A stretch of DNA of 64,000 bases from positions 57,412,001 to 57,476,000 of the forward strand of contig NC_042998.1 of NCBI RefSeq assembly GCF_006345805.1, read 5' to 3'. The notes under the pieces were generated by a model, which did not search any database, was not told the origin of the DNA, and saw only the letters and a list, made by a program, of their open reading frames with translations. Shown piece by piece: positions 53,607 through 64,000 of the stretch (position 1 is the stretch's first letter; the number at the start of each line of letters is the position of its first letter). Source of the DNA: Octopus sinensis. Lineage: Eukaryota. The translations under genes were made by a program, and so were the position numbers.

Positions 53607-54161
53607 GAAATGTTATGGTTTATACAGAAGATGGGACATGTAGAGATCTCCATTTGGTGTACGCGGATGAGTGCACGAGACACAACTTAGTTTATGTTGG
53701 TTGTACAACTGAACAATTAAACAAACGTTTTAATGGGCACAAATATGACGTCAGGCACAATAATAGTAGTTCGACAGAACTTACTGAACATTCTGCTTCG
53801 AATGGCTGCAATTTTGAAAAGGATTTTAAAGTGAATATTCTCAGAAAATATTCTGAATCTGCTTCAATTTCACTTCTCAAAATGCATGAGGAGAAATATT
53901 TTAGCGGGTTATTAAAATCACGCCCTAGAGGAATGAATAAAATGACAGGAGAATATCATGAAATTTACACAAAATTGTTTGATTAAATAATCTTCTTTTT
54001 CTTTTTTCTTCTTCCTTCTTTTCTATCTTTTTCTTTTCGCCTGTTGTAAAATTGTAACTTAAAAATTGATGATGTCATTCCAACAATGTGTGGACGCTGG
54101 TTGGCTTCGTTCATATTTTTGATTTGAATTTCTATTCTTTTGAATATTTATTAGTTTTATT

Positions 54162-54204
54162 TTGAACTCGAAAAAGACAGGCTTGCTCTCGAAATATCGT
54201 TACA
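54162..54204 (+). ncRNA. Variant hammerhead motif, second sense copy
   Basis: Identical to 52525-52567. Confidence 0.45.
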
Positions 54205-54288
54205 CCAATAAAAGGTTTATTACAATCGCATCGCGCTTTTCGTTTTGTTTGTTTACCTTTGTGAAATGTTACGTCAATCCTTTTAAAA

Positions 54289-54324
54289 TATAATAATAAC
54301 GATGGTAATAATAATGACAATAAT

Positions 54325-54422
<98 letters not shown>
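54289..54422. repeat. (AAT)n/(GAT)n microsatellite
   Basis: Direct reading. Confidence 0.95.
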
Positions 54423-54423
<1 letters not shown>

Positions 54424-54424
54424 C

Positions 54425-56076
54425 ACCATGATTGTCGAAACTTCCCTAAGAGTGTGTCACCTGAATAGAGATCTAATTTTCATTTACGGGCAACTTGACA
54501 ACCAGAATTTACTGCCAGAAGAACAGAAAGGTTAAAGGAAGAAGTTGAGAGGAACGCATGATTTATTATACAGAGACAAAGCAGTTCTAAGTGAAGTAAC
54601 AGCTAGAAAGAAAATTCAAACAATAGGATGGATAGATTATAGGAAAGCGTATGACGTAGTCTCACACTCATGGGTAAATGAATGTCTGAGTATGTTCAGT
54701 ATAGCAGATAACATAAGAGAATTAATCAGATTTAGCAAGAAGAAATGAAAATTAGATCTCTATTCAGGTGACACACTCTTAGGGAAAGTTATTATCAAAA
54801 GAGGAATTTTCCAGGGGTCTCGTTGTCCCCTTTAATATTTGGTCTATGTTTGATCCCCCTCAGTTTAGTATTACAGAAAGAAAAGGCAGGGTGTCAGTTC
54901 AGAAATAATAAGGGAAAAACTAATCATTTGCTCTACATGGATGATCTGAAGCTTTTTAGTTAGAATGGAAAAGAGACATATTCCTTAATACAGACTGTAA
55001 GACTCTTCAGCAAAGATATATACATGGAATTTGGCATAGATAAATGTACAAAATTAGTCATGAGAAGGGGACAGGTACTTAACAACGAAGGCATCCTGTT
55101 ACCAAATGTCTAGGCATCAAAATCATTGAAAGGAGGAGAGAGTTATAAGTATCTAGAAGTATCAGAATTAGACAAAGTACTACCTGTAGTAATGAAAACA
55201 AAAATTGAGGAGTACATCAGAAGGGTGAGGAAGCTAATGAAGTCAAAGCTAAATAGCCCGAATCTAGTGGAGGCTGTAAATAACTTGATCAGTATCATTA
55301 CTTCGATACTCAGTAGCTTTTGTCGATTGGATAAAAACTGAACTAGCAAAGCTGGACAGAAGAAGTAGCAAGGAATTCAATATGAATGGAGAACTACACT
55401 CAAGGGCAGGAGTAGTAGGAGTATACTTACCTAGAAAGGAAAACGGAAGAGAGTTAATATCAGTAGAAGACTGCGTGGTGTTACCTTGAGTAGATATAAA
55501 CTATGTAAGTAATAGTGGAGAAAGTTTATTAAGAGCTGCTAGAATCACAGCAAGACATAGTGAAACTAAAAACCTAAGCGAAGTTAAAACCCAGAAAAAT
55601 GAACAGATATTATCTGACTGGCAAGAGAAGGCGTTGTATAGTAGATTCCCAAAGATTGTTGCAGCAAATAGTAGTACTGAGTCATGGTTATGGTTGCTGA
55701 AAGTAAATATGAAAAGGGAGACAGAGTTTGTTAGTAGCAGCAGAAGTTCAAGTATTAAGGAAAAATTGGATAAAAGCCAAGATAGACAAAAACCAAGTGG
55801 ATTCCAATGCAAGTCATGCAAATCAAAAGAGGAAAGCGTTACTCATATAATAAGTGAATGTAGCATGCCGCACAGAAAGAATGCAAGAAAAGACAGCACA
55901 ACGTAAGGAGAGCAATCCACTGGGATTTATGTAGAAAGCTAGGATTTGAGCATGCTCATAAATGGTATGAACATGAACCTAGTAAAGTATTAGAAAGTAA
56001 GAAATACAAGATGCTGTGGGCCTTTAACAATCAAACTGACAGAGTAATAGAAACTAGAAGGCTTGATTTAGTAGTT

Positions 56077-56130
<54 letters not shown>

Positions 56131-56133
56131 ATG

Positions 56134-56175
<42 letters not shown>

Positions 56176-56178
56176 ATG

Positions 56179-56256
<78 letters not shown>

Positions 56257-56259
56257 ATG

Positions 56260-56305
<46 letters not shown>

Positions 56306-56645
56306 CAGCAGCAGCAGACAAAGAGAATACAAAATGCCAGATAATTGACCTTACAGTCCCAAATAATGGACAAAAATCAATATAAGAGGTATAGAAAAAA
56401 TGGTAAAGTACTAGGACCTATCAACTGAATTACAGTGCGGGAAAAATGTATCCCAGTAGTTATAGGCGACTATCCCTATAGATTTGAACAGATGGGTAGA
56501 GGAAATAGGCATAAAACCCAGTTTGGTACAGCTCCAGAAAACTGTTATTAGGGACAACTAGGATACTTAGGAGGTTACTTGTAGCCCGATGTTAGGATTT
56601 TTTTCTTTTCCAAGAGTTTAATCTGTTGCGTGTGTATGAAAATGA
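54425..56645 (+). mobile_element. 5'-truncated R4/Dong retrotransposon (RT to RLE)
   Basis: LLPEEQKG; WIDYRKAYDVVSHSW; GIFQG; HLLYMDDLKL; YKYLEV; CKSCKSKEESVTHIISEC; RRLDLV..DKENTKCQIIDLTVP; frameshifted. Confidence 0.93.
56071..56316 (+). repeat. (GTA)n expansion inside the RLE coding frame
   Basis: 246 bp (82 codons) between ..GATTTA and GACAAAGAG. Confidence 0.95.
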
Positions 56646-56708
56646 TAATAATGAGAAGAAGAAGAAGAAGAAGAAGAAGAAGAGAAGAAGAAGAAGAAGA
56701 AGGAGGAG

Positions 56709-56740
<32 letters not shown>

Positions 56741-56825
56741 AGATGAAGTAGAAGAAGAAGAAGAAGAAGAAAGAAGAAGAAGAAGAAGGAGAAGAAGAAG
56801 AAGAAGAAAAAAGAAGAAGAAGAAT
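56646..56825. repeat. (GAA)n/(GGA)n microsatellite
   Basis: Direct reading. Confidence 0.95.
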
Positions 56826-57059
56826 TAAGCATGCTGAGTTATAGTTTTGATAATGATATTTAACGGGGAACATTACCACAAGTTTTTGTATAGATGGGAA
56901 ATAGTGGGTTGTAGTCTATTTAATCAGTCTCGACAATTTTCTCGTAATAAATTTATCGGGAAAAAGTCGAAAATGGGGTTTGATCTTAGAAGTAAAGGGA
57001 CATATACTACAATGAATTTTGTGCGAATACATCATAACGATGGTTTCTGATTTAGGAAC

Positions 57060-57245
57060 AAGATCAGTAGTTTCGAAGTGAGAAAGTAGTTGATGACATT
57101 GATCCCAGTACTTCACTGGTACGTTATTTACGACATCGGAAGGATGTACCGCAAAGTCGATAACGGCGGAATTTAACTCAAAACGTAAGAAACCGAAACG
57201 AATGCCGCAAAAATTCTTTTTTTTTTTCGCTAACATCTCTACCGG
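57060..57245 (-). mobile_element. Family-A SINE fragment
   Basis: ACATTGATCCCAGTACTTCACTGGTAC..GGCGGAATTTAACTCAAAACGTAAG. Confidence 0.7.
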
Positions 57246-57672
57246 CTTGTAGCCTTGAAAATTACACCATGATAATGGTAATGCAAATTATTTGTTATTT
57301 TAGCGGAAGGGATACAAGAAGTGATACTAGCGCAGTACTTGACTGTTGCCTTCATTTATTGAGAGTTAAGGAGGATGAATTGCAAAGATGATTACAGTGA
57401 GATTGGGGTTCATATGCAGCGCATTTTGTTCGACGTTACTATGGTGATGATAATTAGCACATGTTTTTTAAAACATCCAACAAGGAAGAGGGTTTTCGTT
57501 ATTCATGTTTCATGCAATGATTGCAAGATCGTAAGTTCAAGGCATATTATGATTTATATTCTTAGAATTAAATGTTCTTCCGCTTTGTGGTTTTTAAATA
57601 TTGGTTACTCGCATTACAGATGCAAGGTCTCAGCTATCGATAAAAGATATAGTTAATTATTGGTACTCAATT

Positions 57673-57975
57673 GACCAAAGCCTTGTGAGTGGATTTGGTA
57701 GACGGAAACTGAAAGAAGCCTGTCGTATATATGTGTATATATAGATATATATATGTATGTGTGTGTGTGTGTTTGTGTGTCTGTGTTTGTCCCCCTAGCA
57801 TTGCTTGACAACCGATGCTGGTGTGTTTATGTCTCCGTTACTTAGTGGTTCGGCTAAAAGAGACCGATAGAATAAGTACTGGGCTTACAAAAAGAATAAG
57901 TCCCGGTGTCGAGTTACTCGATTAAAGGCGGTGCTCCAGCATGGCCGCAGTCAAATGACTGAAACAAGTAAAAAG
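57673..57975 (+). mobile_element. 5'-truncated family-B SINE
   Basis: GACCAAAGCCTTGTGAGTGGATTTGGTAGACGG..GGCCGCAGTCAAATGACTGAAACAAGTAAA. Confidence 0.92.
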
Positions 57976-58753
57976 AGTAAAAAAAAGAGAGAGTAAAGAA
58001 TTATTCGATTAGTATTTTTCATTCCGCCAAGATAAGTGCAAATTCTACTATCTTTTCATACCCCTGCTTCTTTTTTACGTTTCTATGTATCTACTGTTGA
58101 AGGTACTTGAACACAGAATTTTCTTTAAATCGAATCCATGTCGATTCGCCTTACGGTGTCAATAGAATACGTATCATAAAGAGTGAGTTGATATTATGTG
58201 AAGTACGTATTTTCTAGAACATACTCTAATATTAATGACATGCATTTGGCTAGGTTGCGATTTCAGTTTGCGTGGAACTTAACTTTTGGTCTACTTGTGC
58301 TTGAAAAGGTTAACATTAAATCTTAATCGTTTATTAAACGTTGGTTTTTAAAGAATAGCAAATAGGAAAGAAAATAACAGAATCAGCAAGCAAAACACCT
58401 GTTTAACAATTCTTCTTACATTTTTTCTATCTTTAATTATTTTTATTTGCTTCTTGATATGCTTTATTGATTTTTATTCCAGGAATACAGCAACGTTAGA
58501 ATAAGAAACAAGCTTGCATTTCTAGAGATTTGTCGATATTTGTATAGCTTCTTTGATATTTTCTTCGTTGTCAAATGATGAGAGAAAGAGAAACTAGAAT
58601 ATCTATGCATTCTTTCTGTCTTTCCTTTCATTCTACCTCTAATTTCATATATTCTATGTTCTATCTTTTTCGTTGTCTGTATAGGTTATTCTCGCTCTCC
58701 CTATTTTTCGCTCTCTCGGTTATGAATAGCCCCCATCATTCTGTTTCTGTTTC

Positions 58754-58811
<58 letters not shown>

Positions 58812-61019
58812 GTCTGTATGTCTTTTCCTGCTGTTTTGTATTGCTCTGTATCTAACTATAGAATTATTTTGGATTTCATAAGCAATTATTTTATCTTATT
58901 TGTAGCTTTGCTTTTCCCTCTTTCTACCTCTCTCTCCTCTTCTCTCTCACTTTATTATGCTCCCTCTGTTAAATTAATCTATCCTTCGCTTGCATCTTGT
59001 GTATATATCTATTTTTCTCTCAGTTTCTTCTTAGCGCCTACTATTCTCTGACATTTCTTTTACATAAACTCAATCTAAATACCCCAGCTAAATTCTGGAA
59101 TAAATGGTCCATACTATAATTGTCACTACTTGGCCGCAATTTTACTGTTGCATATGCATATAAAAGTTGCTCATTATGTTATTACCTCTTTTTGGTCAAT
59201 AAAATATTGTACAATTCACTTCTACATACTCGAGTATGTCTGTGTGTGTTATGTTTATCTTTCAGTGATATCGATTACCCACGGAAACATTGCAAAGAGA
59301 TGAATAAACCGGTGCTTTCGAACAAAAATACCTTTCTGGCATTTATTCCGCTTGATTTGCACAAGTATACTCTTCTCATTGTTGCCAATGTAAATGCAGG
59401 TTGGCTGTTGGAAACCCATAACAAACTACATAATTTTTCACAAAACGAAAGACAAAGTAAATACATAAGCTGCTTCCGAATCAATCCATTATAAATATAG
59501 CAAATACGACATGGCACCTAGTCAAATGATCGCCCTTTCAACTGATATATTATCACTTATTTTGTAAAGAATCTTTTTTATTCTTCTTTTCGAATATCAT
59601 ATCAGCTACTAGTTCAAAAATTATCGACAATATTTTTTCGCGTCACATTTTACTCATATTTTTTATAGCTTTAAATTGTGCATATTGTATTTGTAAATTC
59701 CAATTATGAGAAAATCTTGTCATGGCAGCAAGGCAGTTAATTAAGAATTGGAAATTTGCATGCTGTTACTAAATAATTTACGATAGATTTACAAAAGCGA
59801 ATATTATCCATACTGAATTTTACGTTAGAAACAGGTAACTTCAATCTTGATTAAGAAATTTCCTTAAATGGAAATTGCATACTTTTGTTGCCACCAAATT
59901 TGCTTCAATGCAGGATGCTCGCCTTGTGTCGAATGCAACCTTTGATTTGTGATTTAAGCAATTTAATGCCTTCAAATACGTGTGGTCTACAAAATCATTA
60001 GTTAGGTCATGCATTTCATTTTATAAGTTATTTAGGGAATGAGAAGCAACAACTATGATATTTGCAAACCTTTCAAGTTTGGAGTGATCGATGCATCGAT
60101 AAATACTCAGCTTAAATATCTATATCTCACTGAATGTAACGATTTGGTATAGCTAGATGGAAATAAATACAATTTTGGCGATAGTGGTTTTTGGTGCTGG
60201 AGGATCACACGCACAGGAATATTCACATATAGATAGTGACATACATTATAATTTATTAATTCAGCACGATGATCTTGAACTTTCTCTCTTTTCATACACA
60301 TGGAGAAATATAGTCACACACATAAACAAAGAGAGGGAGACAACAAGAGAAACGTTATAAAGTCTGATGTCAAATATGTCAGCATCGAATCAGCGACGCC
60401 CAGTAAGTGATGCCAAATCAGGTTTGCTAAAACATCTCACATCCTGTATCTGAGTGTTGGAAAGTAAACGTGTTTGGAGAGAATTCTTTTGGATTATAGT
60501 TTTGTTGAGTTGGTTAAATATCTCCTGCGAGTGACGGGGTGGCTAGTTAGGTGGAGGCGAAGACGTTTGAGTGGGCCTGATTTGAGATAATAGGCAAATA
60601 GCTACTTCAGAAGAACAGTTACCAGGGAAGTAGGCAAGTAAGTGAATATAGGGATGATAGTGTGTTTGAGAGTAAAACATTGTACCGTGTTCGGTTAGTG
60701 ATTTATGGCCAATAATCATTTTGTCCCACCCTTTTTTATACAGTCTAAAAGGTTTATATATGTACCAACATTGTTTTAGGTATAATAGTATTAGGTAGTC
60801 TTAAGATAGTATGATAGTATTAAGTCCTTAATGGTATAAGCTGAACTAAGAAAGAAGACGGATGATCACGGCTTTCATCACAGGTCCTTTGATCTTAGGT
60901 ATATTCAGCTAGTGCTGACTTAGAGCTAAACAACAAAAGCAAACGAGCCCATTTATTGAAGCTAGATATCCCTAAGTAAATTTGAAGACAAGAGTAAGTT
61001 TTATTTGTGGTTATTTAGT

Positions 61020-61200
61020 TGATATTATACGGCATTTCCTCCATCTTTATGTTCTGTGTTCAAATTCCGCAAAGGTCGACTTTGCCTTTCATCGTTTCAG
61101 AGTTGATAAAATGAGTACCAGTTGAGCAATGGGGCTCAGTATAATCGACTTACCCCCTCCCCGGAACTTGCTGGCCTTGTGCCAAAATTAAAAATCAATA
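61020..61200 (+). mobile_element. Family-A SINE
   Basis: GTTCAAATTCCGCAAAGGTCGACTTTGCCTTTCATC..GATAAAATGAGTACCAG. Confidence 0.85.
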
Positions 61201-62803
61201 TCATATGTCTAAACGGAGTTACCTTGTGTGAATTATTCATGCTGTATGCTCTTTAAATCGTGAAAGGTGAATTTCTGCATACAATCGAAGTGCTTACAAT
61301 AACAATCGTTGGTCTATATAGACCAGGAGAAAGGCGAGCGCATGTATGCATATAAATATGTGAGTTATATTTATATTCTGAAGTGTGAAAGAATATCTTG
61401 TTAATATTCAATCAGAGTAAGCGGGATGACTTTATGACTCGTCTTTAATAAATATATTTATTAACTTCATATTAATTTTACGAAGAAGAGTGTTATGAAG
61501 AAATCTTCAGTTAAAAGTGTCCATGAATGTGGCTATTCAGTTTTATGAATGAAGATGTATGTCAAATGGAAGTGTAGTGCATTATTTAAAACGAATGAAT
61601 TCATAAAAGATAAGCAACATCAATCTGTAAAGCTATTTCAAAATGTCATTCCTGCAACGTTTTATTGAACAAATACGTTTTACTGAACAAATATTAGGGC
61701 ATTTAACGACAAAATCTATTCACAATACGGCTGTTGAATTAACTGTAAATTGGTCAGACGGTAGGATCGTCAGCACGTCGGACAAAATGCTTAGCGGCCT
61801 TATTTGCCCGCTTTGTATATTATAAATTCAATCTCGCCGTTCAGCCTTTTTGGTTCGATACATTTTGTTGATCATCCTTCCGAGGTTCATTAAATAAAGG
61901 ACCACTCAAACACTTGGGTAATAATTGACAAATCCCTTCCCATGAAGTCGCAATTCGAAACAAATATTTAACAAATATTTATTAATATACATTTTACTTT
62001 GACACACATATATTTAGTAGAAGAGAAAGTAAAGTTGTATTGTCCATAACTTTTCGAAGCTTATTGACGTTGTAATTGATATCGTGTGGCTTAGCGTCAG
62101 ACAATGAAACGGCGCTGTTTTCCCAGGGCTGATATCTTATTATAGGAAATATTCTACTCAAATATTCTTAAACAATGTGTTGAGACGTTGCAAGACTTCC
62201 TGTAATCAACCACTTCACCAATGATAGCATCATTATTTAGCATCATGATTTCTTCTAAACGAACGACTTCTTCAAAGAGGGGATATATACAGCATAATAT
62301 CGTTTATTATGGTGTATTACTGCTTCTTTTCATAGTGATCATTATATGTAAGACTATCTAATATAATTATGTGTAGCTTCTAAATAATCACTTCTGCTAT
62401 CTTGTGGCGCTGCAAACCAAGGTATTTTCTCAACCCAATCTTTGCTTCAATTATATTCTCATTTCATAAAATTACCATCTTATTCTCAACTATATCAATG
62501 GAAATGATTTTTTTCTTTTCTTGTTTTACTCCCTAAATGAGTATGGAATCTAATGCTGCACAATGCTGGGAGAGAATTATTTTTATTCCTACCTTAGAAT
62601 ATTTCTCTATATTGTCTTTTGAGTTTCTTTCGTATTTTTCTTTGAGGATTTTTCCATTTCAGGAATTTTTTCCCTTATGACTTCCTTTCAAAGTAAGATA
62701 TAAAAACTTGCTATTAAAATATAATATCGAACCTCCGCTACGCTTTTATCAATTTTCTCTCAATTAGTGATCATCTAGTCAATACTTTTTTCAATCTTTT
62801 AAG

Positions 62804-62994
62804 TTTTACTTGTTTAAGTCGTTGGACTGCGGTCGTGTTGGGACACCTCCTTCAAAGGCTTAATAGAACAAGTCGACTTCAGAGCCTATTTTTGAGTCTG
62901 CTATGTGTATTATCCCGAGCTCTTTTAATGAACCGCCAAGTTACTAGGACGTAAATAATCCAACACCTGTCGTCAAACGTTTACAGGACATACA

Positions 62995-63043
<49 letters not shown>

Positions 63044-63185
63044 CACGACAGTTTACGTGTAACAAATTCTCTCGCAGGGCATTAGCCGATCCGGAGCTAC
63101 AATAGAAGATTGTTGCCCCAGGTACCGCACAGTGTGACCGAGCACGAAACCACGTTGTTGCAGAGTGAGTTGTTTAACCCTACAA
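62804..63185 (-). mobile_element. Degenerate family-B SINE with internal (CA)n
   Basis: TTTTACTTGTTTAAGTCGTTGGACTGCGGTC..TTGCCCCAGGTACCGCAC. Confidence 0.75.
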
Positions 63186-63764
63186 GTGCTTCCATCTTTC
63201 TTTTGCATTATATTATATAAATCTTACAAGCACTCCGAGTATCGCCATTTGAATAGAGCAGTAAATTCTTAAAGGATATCATAAACAATATTTTGAAAAC
63301 ATATATGGATCAACTATATAGTTTGTTTTTGTAACTGCTTCTTTCTTATAGATCGTCTCTTATTTAATTGAATCACCCCCGAATACTGGGTTACATATTC
63401 TGTGTCAATTAAATCTAGTTGTTTACTTAGAAAACTGGTTTGTTTTCGCCAAGTTTGTTCCCCATTACATTGTTTGAAGCATTAAATCTAAACAGCATTT
63501 ATTCATGAATTCATCCTTGAAAACAAGGTAATTTACTATTTTTCATAATTTCTAGGAATGGAAATAAAATCTATGATCGATATAAGAAAATTGCATTTCC
63601 AAATAGTTATTACTGTAAATTGCTGGCTGTCATATGGAATTTTATGCGAAATATAGCCACTTCATTTAATATTTATCGCATTTTGTCGAATGAAGACATT
63701 TTGGTTCTATACATTGTGAAGAAAAAAAGAAAGATCACAGTATCTTCCTTCTTTTTCTTCCCTT

Positions 63765-63777
<13 letters not shown>

Positions 63778-63839
<62 letters not shown>

Positions 63840-63850
63840 TATATATATCA
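63778..63850. repeat. (TA)n microsatellite
   Basis: Direct reading. Confidence 0.95.
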
Positions 63851-64000
63851 AGTGACCGCGTGAGTACCGTTGGCGATTTTTTTTCCTCCGTCTTCCCTTC
63901 TTTGGATCTTTCCTTTTCCTATTTTCCTGACGAAAAGCTCCGCTCGAAACCTTAAACCCTCCTTCTTTCCTTCTTTCCTGAGCGTCCAATAACACTATAC
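63851..64000 (+). mobile_element. Penelope-like terminal-repeat remnant (runs off the window)
   Basis: Carries a hammerhead-type motif and abuts (TA)n. Confidence 0.6.
63922..63957 (+). ncRNA. Mutated minimal hammerhead motif
   Basis: CUGACGA-A-AAGC-UCC-GCUC-GAAAC-CUU-AAAC: intact core but mismatches in helices I, II and III. Confidence 0.45.

Larger units (their letters stand above)
52804..54288. mobile_element. Rearranged Penelope-like element, unit 2 (tandem duplicate)
   Basis: Colinear near-identical copy of 51161-52648 including the SINE; GIY-YIG tail open at 53615-53986 (LVYVGCT). Confidence 0.92.

Noticed and set aside
49714-54288. Repeat-spacer appearance suggesting a CRISPR-like array
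   Set aside because: Units are hundreds of bp of retroelement sequence separated by microsatellites in eukaryotic DNA; no cas genes.
60153-60236. LDGNKYNFGDSGFWCWR resembles the G..G.WCWI loop of cAMP-receptor-like GPCRs
   Set aside because: The frame is closed by stops on both sides, the acceptor is poor, there is no donor before the stop and no transmembrane context.

Overview
AT-rich, microsatellite-dense eukaryotic DNA, most likely octopus (inferred from the SINE families, Dong/R4 and Penelope content and repeat composition; no database search was run). No host protein-coding gene could be identified with confidence, and nearly all ORFs in the supplied track are microsatellite or antisense artefacts. 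The window is a mobile-element landscape. (i) Tc1/mariner transposons of three clades: DD34D (one copy with perfect TIRs), DD37D and DD41D. (ii) At least seven R4/Dong-type RLE retrotransposon pieces, mostly in or next to (AAT)n arrays. (iii) An unclassified ~555-bp non-coding element repeated in the same arrays. (iv) RTE, CR1-like and Tx1/L1-like LINE fragments. (v) Many tRNA-derived SINEs. (vi) Penelope-like (GIY-YIG) remnants carrying minimal hammerhead ribozyme motifs. The most interesting object is a tandemly duplicated, internally inverted Penelope unit (51161-54288) whose terminal inverted repeats carry a non-canonical U3-A8/C4 hammerhead on both strands. Other highlights are a 137-bp-arm fold-back (30933-31219), an in-frame (GTA)n expansion inside a retrotransposon endonuclease, and a MITE flanked by a 99-bp duplication.
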